Shown in pieces: positions 20,112 to 30,863 of a DNA stretch of 64,000 nt (within the stretch, counting starts at the first letter, position 1; every line of letters begins with the position of its first letter). The stretch is from positions 310 to 64,309 of the forward strand of contig JBCDLG010000002.1 in NCBI GenBank assembly GCA_038745625.1, read 5' to 3'. The notes under the pieces were generated by a model that was not told the DNA's origin, searched no databases, and worked only from the letters and a program-made list of their open reading frames with translations. The position numbers were made by a program, and so were the translations under genes. The DNA comes from Pseudomonadota bacterium. Its GTDB lineage: Bacteria > Pseudomonadota > Alphaproteobacteria > Caulobacterales > Parvularculaceae.

Positions 20112-20942
20112 ATGGGTATCAACGCTTTTGTGCAAGGGACGGTGACGATCGCCATCGCGGTGATCGGCCTCTATTTCAGCTGGGAATCGCGCCGCGCCGA
20201 TAACTATCAGGCGGTGGCAGACCTCGCACTCAGCAGCGACGCCAATGTCGCGGCGACGGCGGCCGAGACCATGGAGCTGATGACCGTTGATTGCGGCGGG
20301 GAGGCGGCCACCGATCTCCAGGCGCAGCGCATCCGCGATATCTTCTGCCCCCTCAGCACCCACCACCGCTTCATTCTGAACAATATGATCAGCGCCATCC
20401 GTGAGGCTGAAGTCGCGGAGGCGATGGCTGCGCTTGATGTGTCGGCTGCGGAAACGGCTGCGCCCGAGGTGGTTGATGATGCCCCCAGCGACGACGCGGA
20501 GGCGGCCGATCCCGATACGCCTGCGGTTGATCAACAGGACCAGCCGCCAGCTTTTAGCCCTGATACCCTGCTTGCCCGCATCAATGACGGCTCGCGCAGC
20601 GTTCGCCGGACCGCTGTGGCGGAGCTCGAACGCAACAACCTCAGTGACGATCGATTTGTCGATGCTCTAATCGGCGAGCTTGAAGATCCCAGCCGGCTTG
20701 GGGATCTGACCGTGCAGGGCCGGTTCAACGTGGCTTATCTTCTGAACCATGCGCCGTCATCGGTGTGGGAGTCCGAGGAGCGGGTGGATCGTTGCCTGGC
20801 CGCTATCGATCAGGTCTACGCCCGCGAGCGGGCTGGTGAGACGGCCATTGGTGACCAGACCCGGGCGGAGCTGATCCAATTGAAGTCGCGGCTTGACGCA
20901 AGGCGGGCCTCGCGCGCCACCAGCGACGAGACGACGTCCTAG
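20112..20942 (+). CDS. Hypothetical protein with N-terminal TM anchor, acidic linker and HEAT-like C-terminus
   Basis: Good RBS (GGAGAG), TM at residues ~5-23, D/E/A/P-rich linker, helical repeat-like segment SVRRTAVAEL. Confidence 0.7.
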   Translation: MGINAFVQGTVTIAIAVIGLYFSWESRRADNYQAVADLALSSDANVAATAAETMELMTVDCGGEAATDLQAQRIRDIFCPLSTHHRFILNNMISAIREAEVAEAMAALDVSAAETAAPEVVDDAPSDDAEAADPDTPAVDQQDQPPAFSPDTLLARINDGSRSVRRTAVAELERNNLSDDRFVDALIGELEDPSRLGDLTVQGRFNVAYLLNHAPSSVWESEERVDRCLAAIDQVYARERAGETAIGDQTRAELIQLKSRLDARRASRATSDETTS

Positions 20943-21514
20943 CCGAGGGCCTCCACCAGCAGCGCGAACCGATCCTGGCCCCAAAAGCGCTGCTTCTTTT
21001 GGCCCTCAAGATCGAGGGTGGCGAAGGGCACGCCGAAGACGCCGTCAGCATCGATGAGCGCCTCATCGGCTTCGATCTCGCCCCGGTTGGGCGCGGCGCC
21101 GACATCGCCCACGACGCCGACATCGGAGGCAGCCGTCTTGAGCAATTCCGGATCCGAAATGTTCTGTCCCGTACCCCAGCGGGCATCGGAGATAGCCAAC
21201 GCGAAGGGTAAAGCGAGGCCCTCGGCACGGGCGACGTAGAAGGCGTTCAGTGACGTCTCGTAGTCCACCTCCATGGGCCGAGGTCCGGAAAAAGGCAGGC
21301 CCATCCGTGCCGCCATGCGGGGCGCATCCTCCATCATGTAGCGGATCTTGGGCATGCTGTCGGTGGGGTTCAAAAACGCTGCGTCACCGGCGGTTTTGGT
21401 GAAGGGGATCAGCCGGACGTCGATGGAATCGTGAAGCTCCGCCCGCGCGATGACATGAAGGCCCAGTCGCGAGTAGGGGCTCCGAAAGTGAAAGTAGATC
21501 CGCAGCTGATCCAT
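20939..21514 (-). CDS. DsbA-like / 2-hydroxychromene-2-carboxylate isomerase (GST-kappa type)
   Basis: YFHFRSPYS, GVFGVPF, FWGQDR. Confidence 0.88.
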   Translation of the reverse strand: MDQLRIYFHFRSPYSRLGLHVIARAELHDSIDVRLIPFTKTAGDAAFLNPTDSMPKIRYMMEDAPRMAARMGLPFSGPRPMEVDYETSLNAFYVARAEGLALPFALAISDARWGTGQNISDPELLKTAASDVGVVGDVGAAPNRGEIEADEALIDADGVFGVPFATLDLEGQKKQRFWGQDRFALLVEALG

Positions 21515-21736
21515 GGCGTCCTCCGGCTTGAGCTCGACATGTATCTACACATGTGGACCGGTCAAGGCGCCCAGATGCGATCACGGTCGGCCAAGCTCTG
21601 CATCGTCACGCTGATCAACCAACGCCCCTTCTCACGGCGGCCATACCGTCCTCATCGCGCGGTATGGCCTTGGAAGCGTCCTGCTAAAACAACTGGGAGA
21701 TCAGCGCCTTATCCGGTCATACCGGTGAAGGAGCGC

Positions 21737-22453
21737 TTACGATGCCAGCTGCACCGCGCCGACAGTGGCCGCATCGCCATCACCGCTGAGGGACTTCACG
21801 AGCGCGCCCATAGAGTGACGGTTCACGGTCCAAGAGGGCGCGGGGACCTCGATCACCGTGCCAACATGGCCGCCGCCCCAGGAGGAGCTGCTTACCGGAT
21901 CATAGGGGAGGCGAATGTTGATCCCGGAGTCGGGCTTAACGTTACCGATCGCCGCCTGCCGCGCTTTGGTCGACGCAATATAGGCGACCAGGCCAAGGAT
22001 CCCCCCGCCGACAACCGCGGCTGCGGTCGTGGCGGTCGCGCGGGCGCCGGTGCTCGCCCAACTCGCCGCCATATTGGTCGCCATTGGCGGTGCGTTGAAC
22101 GAGACAAAGGGCACGTCTTCGTACCCAAGAATCTGGCAAAGCGCCCCGCCGAGGGAGTGACCGGTCATCATGATCGGGCGGCCGCCTTCATAGGCTTTGA
22201 AAAGAAGTTCCCGCGCGTCTTTTTCCTGCTCCGGCAGCCAGCCCGTGGCGAGCTGCACGTCGCTGACAAGTGCGTCCCTTAGCGAGTTGGTGCCTGCGAA
22301 CGCCACGACCCGGAAACCTGGCACGTCATAGATGGCGCCACTAAAATCTGTTGTCGGATTGTTCTTATAGTGGACCCGGTTGAACGGGACCTTCTTTTCC
22401 GCGTTGTAGACGTCATCTGCAATCTGAGCGATGTTATAAATGGTCGTGGGCAA
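21737..22453 (-). CDS. Lipase class 3 / DUF2974-like alpha/beta hydrolase
   Basis: VVAFAGTN, TGHSLGG nucleophile elbow, FNAPP, YDPV (Asp), RHSM (His). Confidence 0.82.
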   Translation of the reverse strand: MPTTIYNIAQIADDVYNAEKKVPFNRVHYKNNPTTDFSGAIYDVPGFRVVAFAGTNSLRDALVSDVQLATGWLPEQEKDARELLFKAYEGGRPIMMTGHSLGGALCQILGYEDVPFVSFNAPPMATNMAASWASTGARATATTAAAVVGGGILGLVAYIASTKARQAAIGNVKPDSGINIRLPYDPVSSSSWGGGHVGTVIEVPAPSWTVNRHSMGALVKSLSGDGDAATVGAVQLAS

Positions 22454-22542
22454 CGTGTCCTCCTCCAGAACCCAAGCGGGTATTGTCTCAAGAATTGTCG
22501 CTTGAGGGAATGCCGCTCGGCAGTGAGGGTGGAGAAAAGGCG

Positions 22543-23088
22543 CTAGCGCGACGACGGCCTGATAAGACGTGTGCGTTGCATCAGATACTCATCGTCGGCG
22601 TGATTGCCCACCATGAAGTGATAATCATGTATTTTTTCAAAGCCATAGCGCACATAGAGGCGCTGGGCGCCAGTGTTGCCGGAGAACACGCTGAGATAGA
22701 TATGATCGAAATGGGTCTCGAGAAAATCGAGCGACCTTTCAAGCAGTTGGACCCCAAGACCGCCGCGCTGATGGCTTTTCAGGACATAAAGCCTGATCAG
22801 CTCGCCTGATCCGGGCGGCATATCGGGCACGGGGAGGTGGCAAGGTCCTGCCGAGGCGAACCCAACGGCTGTCCCGTCGCCAGCGCGCGCGAGCCACGTG
22901 CACACCTTTGGGTTGTTGAACGCTGCTCTGTATGCGTTGTGACTGTGATGCTCTTTGAGGAAGGCGTTGAGGTCTTCTTCGGCATACATGGCGCCAAAGG
23001 TCTCAACGAAGGTGTCCGCGCCAAGCTGCGCCAAAACAGCAATATCGTTGATCGTTGCTGTGCTGATTGTCACGGTGCCTTCAGCCAT
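22543..23088 (-). CDS. GNAT N-acetyltransferase (PaiA-like)
   Basis: LGADTFVETFG, RLYVLKSHQRGGLG, LSVFSGN..AQRLY..GF. Confidence 0.88.
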   Translation of the reverse strand: MAEGTVTISTATINDIAVLAQLGADTFVETFGAMYAEEDLNAFLKEHHSHNAYRAAFNNPKVCTWLARAGDGTAVGFASAGPCHLPVPDMPPGSGELIRLYVLKSHQRGGLGVQLLERSLDFLETHFDHIYLSVFSGNTGAQRLYVRYGFEKIHDYHFMVGNHADDEYLMQRTRLIRPSSR

Positions 23089-23210
23089 CCCCGTCATCCT
23101 CTTTGAGCGTTTGCTCTGTGCGCTTATCAGCCTCTGCAGAAAACCTGCGACATCCGGGCATCCTCTTATTGTGAGCGAGGCCGAGCGTTCCTACCCTCTT
23201 CTGGAGGGCC

Positions 23211-25082
23211 ATGGAGCATCGACGGGCAATGGACAACGAAGTCGACGAGAGAATTCCGCGGGGCGGCGGCACCTTGGTCACCGTCTTCGCTGTGCCGGGG
23301 GTCGTGTTTGGGCTTCTCACGTATCTCGCCTATGAGCTGCTCGACGACGTCGTCAGCGGCACCGAGGCAGCGGGGCAGGCTTTTCCCGGGATCGAGCTGA
23401 CCTACCCAGCGGCGTTGGCTTTGGCTTATGGGCTTATTTTCGGTTTCGGAACGTATTTTCTGACCGTCTTGAAGGGCCAAGTGGCGGCGAGCGCCATCGC
23501 CGCGGGCGTCATTGGGGTGGTCACCGCTACGCTGACCTTTATCGCGCCGTTCAACCAGTCTCCCGATGGCGCGGCGGGGCTGATCTCGTTCCTGGCGAAC
23601 GGCGTTTTGGTCACGGTCGCCTTACCGTTCTTGCGGGCCCGCTCGCGCGGCGTGGCGCTGAACCACTACCCCACGCTTTACGCCGATGCCTGGAACATCC
23701 CGGTCATTGTTGGGGTGGCGCAGCTTTTCGTTTTGGCAGGCGTGGCCCTGGCCGCGCTGGTCGCGGCGCTGTTCGTGTTTGTCGGGCTGCCCTTCCTCCG
23801 CGACCTGATGGAGCAGGGATGGTTCATCGGCAGCTATCTTGGCCTCCTCCAGGGCGTCGGCATTGGCGTCACGCGCCAGCGGGAGTCGGCGATCCTCGCC
23901 GCACGGGGCATCAAGATGGCTCTGCTGCGGGTTGCTGCGCCGGTCTTTGCTGTGTCGATCACGATTTTCGTCGTTGCGGTGATGATCCGCGGCTTTGGCT
24001 CGCTTCTTGGCGACCTCTCGCCGATGAGCGTGCTCACGATGTCAGCGATTGTCGCGATCATCATGATCAACTCGATCGTCGCTGATAAGGGTCGGCCCGA
24101 AAGCGCGCTCTTCGGGGCCACGGCGCGGCTGTTGGGCGTGGTGCTCCTCTTTCTAATGTGTCTTGCGATCTATGGCCTTTACATGCGCGTCGCGGCTGAG
24201 GGCTGGACGCCGAACCGCGTCCATGCGGCGATCCTGGTCGCGGTGGTTGGCCTTTACGCGCCGATCTATGCCGCAGCGGCGCTTTCGGAGCAGTGGGCGA
24301 TCCTGCGCCAGGGCAACATCGCTGTCTCGGCGCTCCTGATGCTGATCGCTGTCTTGGTGCAAACGCCGGTCTATGCGCCTCAGGATTGGTCGGCCGTTTC
24401 GCAGCTCGAACAAATCACGAGAGACCCCGCTGCCACGACGGGCGCGGATATTCGGTATCTTCGTGACAAGCTTGGGCCCGTGGGTGAGCGGGTTTTCGAG
24501 CAACTGGAAGCCAACCCGCCTGACGGGCTCGAAGACCCCTATGCCCTGGCTGAGCTCGGTCGCGGCACGCCCGAGGATACCATGCAGCTGACGCTTGAGA
24601 CGCTTCGCGAGAACGGCATTTTCACGGTCTTTCCTGCGGATGCGGCGATTGAGGACGCGCTGGCGAAACGTCTGGAGCACCGGCTCGGCCGGTCAATTGA
24701 CGACCCCAATGACGCCGCGGTGGTGTTCGACCAGGACCGCGCGAGCGGATATTTCTTTGTTCGCCGGGCGGCATCGCTGCAGGCCTATCGTCTGATCTCG
24801 GACGAAGATGGCGAGTGGACCGTCACCTATCTGAGGCAATTCTACGGCGAGGATCGTGTGGGGCGAATGCTTGCTGGCGCAGCTGAGGGCGCGCTGAGCT
24901 ATGAGCAGCGGACCTTTGTCCTGCCGTCGATCGGCGGTGAAGCGCTGATCGAGCCAGCAGCGGAGCTCGAGCTCTTCCGCGTGGAGAGCGAGCTGCCTGC
25001 GCCGCTGGAATCCGCTGATGTTGCGCCTGTGCCGAGGGGCGAGGCTGATGCCGCCCAGGTCGATGGGGGCGGAGGCTTCTAG
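23211..25082 (+). CDS. DUF4153-like multi-pass membrane protein
   Basis: About 13 TM helices, YGLYMRV..EGWTPNR motif, soluble C-terminal region. Confidence 0.7.
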   Translation: MEHRRAMDNEVDERIPRGGGTLVTVFAVPGVVFGLLTYLAYELLDDVVSGTEAAGQAFPGIELTYPAALALAYGLIFGFGTYFLTVLKGQVAASAIAAGVIGVVTATLTFIAPFNQSPDGAAGLISFLANGVLVTVALPFLRARSRGVALNHYPTLYADAWNIPVIVGVAQLFVLAGVALAALVAALFVFVGLPFLRDLMEQGWFIGSYLGLLQGVGIGVTRQRESAILAARGIKMALLRVAAPVFAVSITIFVVAVMIRGFGSLLGDLSPMSVLTMSAIVAIIMINSIVADKGRPESALFGATARLLGVVLLFLMCLAIYGLYMRVAAEGWTPNRVHAAILVAVVGLYAPIYAAAALSEQWAILRQGNIAVSALLMLIAVLVQTPVYAPQDWSAVSQLEQITRDPAATTGADIRYLRDKLGPVGERVFEQLEANPPDGLEDPYALAELGRGTPEDTMQLTLETLRENGIFTVFPADAAIEDALAKRLEHRLGRSIDDPNDAAVVFDQDRASGYFFVRRAASLQAYRLISDEDGEWTVTYLRQFYGEDRVGRMLAGAAEGALSYEQRTFVLPSIGGEALIEPAAELELFRVESELPAPLESADVAPVPRGEADAAQVDGGGGF

Positions 25083-25145
25083 GCTTTCCCCGCCCGGTGC
25101 GTTGCCCTATCTCATGGCCTCTGATCGTTCGAACCAGGAGCCTCC

Positions 25146-27251
25146 ATGACCAACGCGCCCAAGGCCGATAAACGCCCGACCAAGAATTCCCGGCATGGTG
25201 AGGCGTGGACGGACGATTATGCGTGGATGCGCGACGACAATTGGCAGGAGGTGCTGCGTGACCCGTCGATCCTGCGTAAGGACGTGCATGAGCATTTGAC
25301 GGCTGAGGGCGCGTACTATGCGGCGCAAACAGACCACCTCACGACCCTCCGTGAGACCCTGTTCAAAGAGATGCGGGGGCGGATCAAAGAGGACGAAAGT
25401 TCCGTTCCGATGCGCGATGGGCCCTATGAGTACTATGTCCGTTATCGAGAGGGTGGTCAGTACCCGATCTATGCCCGCCGCACCGATGAAGGCGCGGCGG
25501 AAGAGCTGATGCTTGACGGCGACAAGGAAGGTGAGGGCAAGGACTTCTTCTCGATTGGCGGGCTCGACGTCTCGCGAGATCACCAGCTGATGGCTTACGG
25601 GATTGATACGCTGGGATCGGAGTATTTTGACATCAGGGTCCGCCGCCTCGCTGACGGCAGTGAACTCGACGAGGTCATACCCTCAACCGACGGCGACGTT
25701 GTCTGGGCCGCGGACAGCAAGAGCTTTTTCTATGTCGAACGCGACGACCATCAGCGGCCGAAGCGGGTGAAGCACCATGTCCTTGGTGCTGATCCGAGTG
25801 CCGATCGCTTGGTCTATGAGGAGGCGGATGACGGCATGTTCCTCGGCATTGATGAGACGTCATCGGAGACGTTTCTCATCATCGGTGTGGGGAACGGGAA
25901 CACATCGGAGGCCTATGTCATCCCGCTCGATGCGCCCGAGAGTGAGCCGCGGCTGGTCGCCCCGCGGGTCAAGGGTGAGCTTTATTCTGTCGACCACCGC
26001 GGCGAGCTTTTCTACATCCACACCAATCATGACGGCGCGATCGACTTTAAAATCGTGACGGCGCCCCAGGACAATCCGGGCCGGGAATATTGGAAGGACT
26101 GGCTCCCCCACGAGCTTGGAACCTATGTCACCGGCATGGTCACGTTCAAGGATTGGATTGTCCGCGAAGAACGGCGGGACGCCCGCCCGCGCATCGTGGT
26201 TGGCCGGTATGACCGCACCGGAGAGCATGAGATCCGCTTTGATCAGGACGCCTACAGCCTTTCTCTGGCCGGGTGGGGCGAGTTCGATACGGACATGATC
26301 CGCTTTGCCTATGAGAGCCCCAACCAGCCGAGCCAAGTCTTCGACTATGACATGGCAACAAAGATCCGGACATTGAGGAAAACGCAAGAGGTACCCTCAG
26401 GTCACAACCCCGATTCCTACGCTGTCGAGCGGTTCGATGCACCGGCGGGTGATGGCGAGACGATCCCTGTGATGGTGCTGCGCCGTCACGACGTCGAGGC
26501 GAACGGCAAGCAGCCTGTGATGCTCTACGGATATGGCGCCTACGGTATTCATATCGACGATGACTTCTCAACTGGCGTCTTGAGCCTTGTGGATCGCGGC
26601 GTGATCTTTGCTGTCGCGCATATCCGCGGCAGCACGGCGAAGGGCCGTCAGTGGTATCTTGACGGCAAGCTTGAGCACAAAAAGAACAGCTTCACCGATT
26701 TCAACGACGCGGCCCGGGCGCTGATTGATCGTGGGTACACGGAGCGTGGCTGGATCGTCGGCTATGGCGGTAGCGCGGGCGGGCTACTCGTCGGGGCATC
26801 AGTGAACCTCGACCCCTCGCTCTATGCAGGGATCATCGGCGCTGTGCCCTTTGTCGATGTTCTCAACACCATTCTTGACGCGTCGCTACCGCTCACGCCG
26901 CCCGAATGGGAGGAATGGGGCGATCCGATCACGGATGAGACGGCGTTTCAAACGATCAAGTCTTACTCTCCTTATGACAATGTGAAGAAGGGCAAGACCT
27001 ATCCGCCCATTCTCGCGACCGGCGGTCTCACCGACTATCGGGTGACCTACTGGGAGCCTGCAAAATGGATCGCGCGCCTAAGGGACGAGGCGAAGGGCGG
27101 TCCCTTCATCTTGCGGATGAACATGACAGCAGGCCATGGTGGCTCGGCCGCGCGGTTTGAGCGCCTCAAGGAACGGGCGGCGGACTATGCCTTCGCGCTC
27201 GACGTTCTGGGCGTGAAAGACGTTCGACCGTTCGGCCCGCTTGCCGATTGA
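25146..27251 (+). CDS. ptrB: Oligopeptidase B (S9A)
   Basis: [45 protein letters not shown]. Confidence 0.96.
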   Translation: MTNAPKADKRPTKNSRHGEAWTDDYAWMRDDNWQEVLRDPSILRKDVHEHLTAEGAYYAAQTDHLTTLRETLFKEMRGRIKEDESSVPMRDGPYEYYVRYREGGQYPIYARRTDEGAAEELMLDGDKEGEGKDFFSIGGLDVSRDHQLMAYGIDTLGSEYFDIRVRRLADGSELDEVIPSTDGDVVWAADSKSFFYVERDDHQRPKRVKHHVLGADPSADRLVYEEADDGMFLGIDETSSETFLIIGVGNGNTSEAYVIPLDAPESEPRLVAPRVKGELYSVDHRGELFYIHTNHDGAIDFKIVTAPQDNPGREYWKDWLPHELGTYVTGMVTFKDWIVREERRDARPRIVVGRYDRTGEHEIRFDQDAYSLSLAGWGEFDTDMIRFAYESPNQPSQVFDYDMATKIRTLRKTQEVPSGHNPDSYAVERFDAPAGDGETIPVMVLRRHDVEANGKQPVMLYGYGAYGIHIDDDFSTGVLSLVDRGVIFAVAHIRGSTAKGRQWYLDGKLEHKKNSFTDFNDAARALIDRGYTERGWIVGYGGSAGGLLVGASVNLDPSLYAGIIGAVPFVDVLNTILDASLPLTPPEWEEWGDPITDETAFQTIKSYSPYDNVKKGKTYPPILATGGLTDYRVTYWEPAKWIARLRDEAKGGPFILRMNMTAGHGGSAARFERLKERAADYAFALDVLGVKDVRPFGPLAD

Positions 27252-27315
27252 TGCCTCTTCGCCGCAGGCCCAATTGGCGTTATGTCATCCGCAAATTGTC
27301 CCGGGAGAACCAAGC

Positions 27316-28422
27316 GTGATCACCAGCCTTCTTCTATCGGCCGCCCTGATGGTGCAGCCGGCGCCTGCTGATAAACCTTTCGACACCGAAATCATCGCAG
27401 ATCTAGAGCATCCATGGGCCATGACCTTTATGCCCGATGGCCGCCTCTTGGTGACGGAGAAGGCGGGCAGCCTGCTTATTGTCAATCAAGAGGGCGAGGT
27501 TGAGACGGAGGTCGCCGGTGTGCCCGAGGTCGATTTCGGCGGCCAGGGCGGCTTGGGCGATGTCATTCTGGCGCCAGATTTTGCGTCGAGCGGCACGGTC
27601 TATATCTCTTACGTCGAGGCAGGCACCCGCGGTCGCCGCGGCGCAGCTGTGGCGATGGCGACCCTGAGCGGCGATGCCCTTGAGAACCTTGAGGTTGTCT
27701 GGCGACAAGAGCCAAAGACCACGGGCCGTGGCCACTACGGTCACCGGCTTGCGTTTTCGCCCGATGGCCAGCACCTCTTCATCAGCTCCGGTGACCGGCA
27801 GAAGTTCACCCCGGCGCAGTCCAATCGGATGAACCTTGGCAAAATCCTTCGTTTGAACCCGGATGGTTCGGTGCCGGAGGATAATCCCTTTGTCGATCAG
27901 GGCGGCGTGATGGCGCAGGTCTGGACCCTGGGCATGCGTAACCCGCTGGGGATTGCTTTCGACGGTGACGGCACGCTGTGGGAGGTTGAGATGGGCCCGG
28001 CCCATGGCGACGAGTTCCAGCGGATCGAGCGCGGTGAGAACTATGGCTACCCGATCGTGTCCAACGGCGACCACTATTCAGGCCGCGAGATTCCTGATCA
28101 CGATACGCGCCCAGAATTTCGGGCTCCGGATGAATATTGGGTCCCCGCGATCAGCCCATCGAGCCTGATGATCTATCAGGGCGACACCTTCCCGCAATGG
28201 ACCGGGTCGGCGTTTATTGGCGGTCTATCGTCTGAGGCGATTGTTCGTGTAGGGTTTGATTGCGATGATGCATCGGACCCCATCTGCGAAGTCGAGCGTT
28301 ACGACATGGGTGCCCGCATCCGCGAGATCGAAGAGGGGCCAGAGGGTAACCTCTGGGTCCTTGAGGATGGCGGCGAGCGCGGCGGCGAGGGCCGTCTTCT
28401 CAAACTCACGCCAGAGGGTTGA
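27316..28422 (+). CDS. PQQ-dependent glucose/sorbosone dehydrogenase (YliI family)
   Basis: [44 protein letters not shown]; signal peptide; GTG start at 27316. Confidence 0.9.
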   Translation: MITSLLLSAALMVQPAPADKPFDTEIIADLEHPWAMTFMPDGRLLVTEKAGSLLIVNQEGEVETEVAGVPEVDFGGQGGLGDVILAPDFASSGTVYISYVEAGTRGRRGAAVAMATLSGDALENLEVVWRQEPKTTGRGHYGHRLAFSPDGQHLFISSGDRQKFTPAQSNRMNLGKILRLNPDGSVPEDNPFVDQGGVMAQVWTLGMRNPLGIAFDGDGTLWEVEMGPAHGDEFQRIERGENYGYPIVSNGDHYSGREIPDHDTRPEFRAPDEYWVPAISPSSLMIYQGDTFPQWTGSAFIGGLSSEAIVRVGFDCDDASDPICEVERYDMGARIREIEEGPEGNLWVLEDGGERGGEGRLLKLTPEG

Positions 28423-28450
28423 TCGACAAGGCATAATCGCTCATTTAAAG

Positions 28451-28487
28451 AGGGCGTCGCGACGAGGCTCGCGGCGCTTTTTCTTTT
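28451..28487 (+). terminator. Rho-independent terminator
   Basis: AGGGCGTCGCGA-cgaggc-TCGCGGCGCTTT followed by TTCTTTT. Confidence 0.65.
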
Positions 28488-28497
28488 GGGAGTGACG

Positions 28498-29472
28498 ATG
28501 AACCTTATCGCTCAGCCGCGCACGGATTGGTCCCTTGATGAGGTGGAGGCGCTGTTCGCGCGTCCGCTCCTCGATCTGGTGTTCGAGGCGGCGACGGTGC
28601 ATCGCCAGAACTTCGACGCGCAGGAGATCGAGGCGGCCCAACTCCTCAGTATCAAGACCGGTGGTTGCCCTGAGGATTGCGGCTATTGCAGCCAGTCAGC
28701 AAAGTTCGAGACAGGCCTCAAGGCTAGCAAACTGATGGACGCTGAAGAGGTCCTTGCGGGCGCACGCCGGGCCAAGGCGGGCGGCGCGACGCGCTATTGT
28801 ATGGGTGCGGCTTGGCGGAGCCCGAAAGATCGCGATATGCCGGCGCTCACCAAGATGGTGCGTGAGGTCTCGGGTCTGGGCCTCGAGACCTGCATGACCC
28901 TTGGCATGCTGACGGAAAGCCAGGCGGATGAGCTCGCCGATGCGGGGCTCGACTACTACAACCACAATATCGATACGTCCGAAGCGCACTACGACAAGGT
29001 CATCACCACACGGACCTTTGCCGATCGTTTGGACACGCTGGAGGTGGTGCGCCGAGCCGGTATCAATGTCTGCTGCGGCGGGATTTTGGGTTTGGGCGAG
29101 GCGCATGAGGACCGTGTCTCGATGATCCACACGCTGGCGACCCTGCCTGAGCATCCTGGCTCGGTCCCGATCAACGCATTGGTGCCGATCGAGGGCACGC
29201 CGCTATCGATGAGCGAGCCGATCCCGCCCTTTGAACTGGTGCGCACCATTGCGGCGGCGCGGATCACGATGCCCAAGAGCGTTGTACGCCTCTCCGCGGG
29301 GCGCGAGCAGATGAGTGAGGAGACCCAGGCCATGGCGTTCATGGCTGGCGCCAACTCGATCTTTGTCGGTGATGCCCTTCTGACGACCTCGAACCCCCAG
29401 CCCAAGACCGACGCAGCCCTCTTTGCCGCCCTTGGCCTGAGGGCCGCGAAGGCATCGCCGCGGGCGCATTAG
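28498..29472 (+). CDS. bioB: Biotin synthase
   Basis: [17 protein letters not shown] radical-SAM motif, [22 protein letters not shown]. Confidence 0.98.
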   Translation: MNLIAQPRTDWSLDEVEALFARPLLDLVFEAATVHRQNFDAQEIEAAQLLSIKTGGCPEDCGYCSQSAKFETGLKASKLMDAEEVLAGARRAKAGGATRYCMGAAWRSPKDRDMPALTKMVREVSGLGLETCMTLGMLTESQADELADAGLDYYNHNIDTSEAHYDKVITTRTFADRLDTLEVVRRAGINVCCGGILGLGEAHEDRVSMIHTLATLPEHPGSVPINALVPIEGTPLSMSEPIPPFELVRTIAAARITMPKSVVRLSAGREQMSEETQAMAFMAGANSIFVGDALLTTSNPQPKTDAALFAALGLRAAKASPRAH

Positions 29473-29526
29473 TTGGTGCCGCGCATTCGGCATGGTAGCC
29501 TTTGCTATCACCAGAGGAGCCAGGCG

Positions 29527-29889
29527 ATGCGTCACGAGAGCTATCAGTCCTTTTGGCCGTTCTACCTTCAAGAACATGCAAAGCCGCAGACGCGCACGCT
29601 CCATTATGTGGGCACCGCGCTCACCATTGCTGTTGCGGGATGGGCGTTGATCGCAGGCACCGCGCTGCTTCTTCTGCTGATACCGGTCGTGGGTTACGGC
29701 TTTGCGTGGACCAGCCACGCCTTTGTTGAGCGCAACAAACCAGCCACCTTCACCTATCCGCTGTGGTCGCTGATCAGCGACTACCGCATGTTCTGGCTCG
29801 AAATGGCAGGCCAGCTCGAGCCGGAGCTTGAGAAGGCAGGGATCACTTCGGCTCCGCTTCCTGCGCCTCAGCCTTCAGCCACGCAATAA
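29527..29889 (+). CDS. DUF962 / Mpo1-like membrane protein
   Basis: FWPFYLQEH, LHYVGT, AWTSHAFVERNKPATFTYPLWSL. Confidence 0.88.
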   Translation: MRHESYQSFWPFYLQEHAKPQTRTLHYVGTALTIAVAGWALIAGTALLLLLIPVVGYGFAWTSHAFVERNKPATFTYPLWSLISDYRMFWLEMAGQLEPELEKAGITSAPLPAPQPSATQ

Positions 29890-30745
29890 AGCTCGCAACC
29901 TCCGGCAGGGCCGCTTTGGCCTCGGGGTAGACGACCCAATAGGCAAAATCGGTCGGGGTCTCATAGTTGAAGGGGATAACGAGCCGCGCGGCTTCAAGGT
30001 CGGCGACAGCCAACGCATAGCGGGCGAGGGCGACGCCTTTGCCAGCAACCGCTGCTTCCAGCACCAGCGATGACTGGTTGAAGCGTGGGCCGCGATTGCC
30101 ATCGCAATCGACGCCTGCGGCGCGTAGCCACATCGCCCAGGTGGCGACGCCGTCGCGGTTGCTGTCGTCATGGATCAGCGTCTGGTTTTTGAGGTCGTCC
30201 GGCTCCTTCAGCGGCGGGTCGCCGTTGATGAGGCCAGGAGCGCAGACAGGAACGATCGTCTCGCTCATCAAACGTTCGGAGATCAGGCCCTCATAGCCGC
30301 CAGGGCCAAACCGGATCGCGACATCCACGTCATCGTCAGCAAAATCGATCAGGTTCATGTCGGCGTGGACATAGACATCGAGTTGCGGATGCAGCTCCTG
30401 GAACCGGTCGAGCCGCGGGACGAGCCATTTGGAGGCAAAAGACGGCGCGACCGAGACGGTGACCCGGCAGGGTCCGTCGCTTGCCTTCATCAGGCGCACG
30501 CCGGCGGCCAAACGGTCGAAGCCTTCGCGCATATGCGGCAACGCGGCCTGGCCCGCCTCCGTTAGCGATAAGCCCTTGGGGTCACGGCGAAAAAGCGGTG
30601 CGCCGAGCCAGTCCTCGAGGATTCGCATTTGCTGGCTGATCGCGCCCGGTGTAACAGCGAGCTCGTCTGCAGCTCTGCTAAACGACAAATGCCGTCCGGC
30701 GGCTTCGAAAGCGCGGAGGGCATTGAGTGGAGGCAGTTTACGCAT
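29843..30745 (-). CDS. gcvA: LysR-family regulator, GcvA/AmpR subfamily
   Basis: LPPLNALRAFEAAGRHLSFSRAADEL.VTPGAISQQ; PSFASKWLVPRL. Confidence 0.85.
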   Translation of the reverse strand: MRKLPPLNALRAFEAAGRHLSFSRAADELAVTPGAISQQMRILEDWLGAPLFRRDPKGLSLTEAGQAALPHMREGFDRLAAGVRLMKASDGPCRVTVSVAPSFASKWLVPRLDRFQELHPQLDVYVHADMNLIDFADDDVDVAIRFGPGGYEGLISERLMSETIVPVCAPGLINGDPPLKEPDDLKNQTLIHDDSNRDGVATWAMWLRAAGVDCDGNRGPRFNQSSLVLEAAVAGKGVALARYALAVADLEAARLVIPFNYETPTDFAYWVVYPEAKAALPEVASFIAWLKAEAQEAEPK

Positions 30746-30762
30746 AATACGCGGCCTTATCT

Positions 30763-30777
30763 ATCAGGAAACCTAAT
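30763..30777. promoter_or_regulatory. LysR/GcvA-type box in the gcvA-cysG divergent promoter
   Basis: ATCAG-GAAAC-CTAAT contains T-N11-A and the CTAAT half-site typical of GcvA-type operators. Confidence 0.45.
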
Positions 30778-30863
30778 CGCCAGTCTTGCGAACATTCGTT
30801 TGCTGAACCCATTTGGTCACTCCACATAGGTGGTCTCGGTCCACCGGAATAGGTTTTCTTACG

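Noticed and set aside
21431-22282. 283-aa plus-strand ORF in the accessory patch
   Set aside because: Arg-rich, motif-free, antisense to the lipase, which has a complete catalytic signature
25084-25112. RpoH-like promoter upstream of ptrB (CTTT...CCTATCT)
   Set aside because: -35 match too weak to support
30757-30766. TTATCTATCA resembling a BioR box near bioB
   Set aside because: It lies at the gcvA promoter, 2 kb from the bioB start, and overlaps a LysR-type box; no BioR gene in the window
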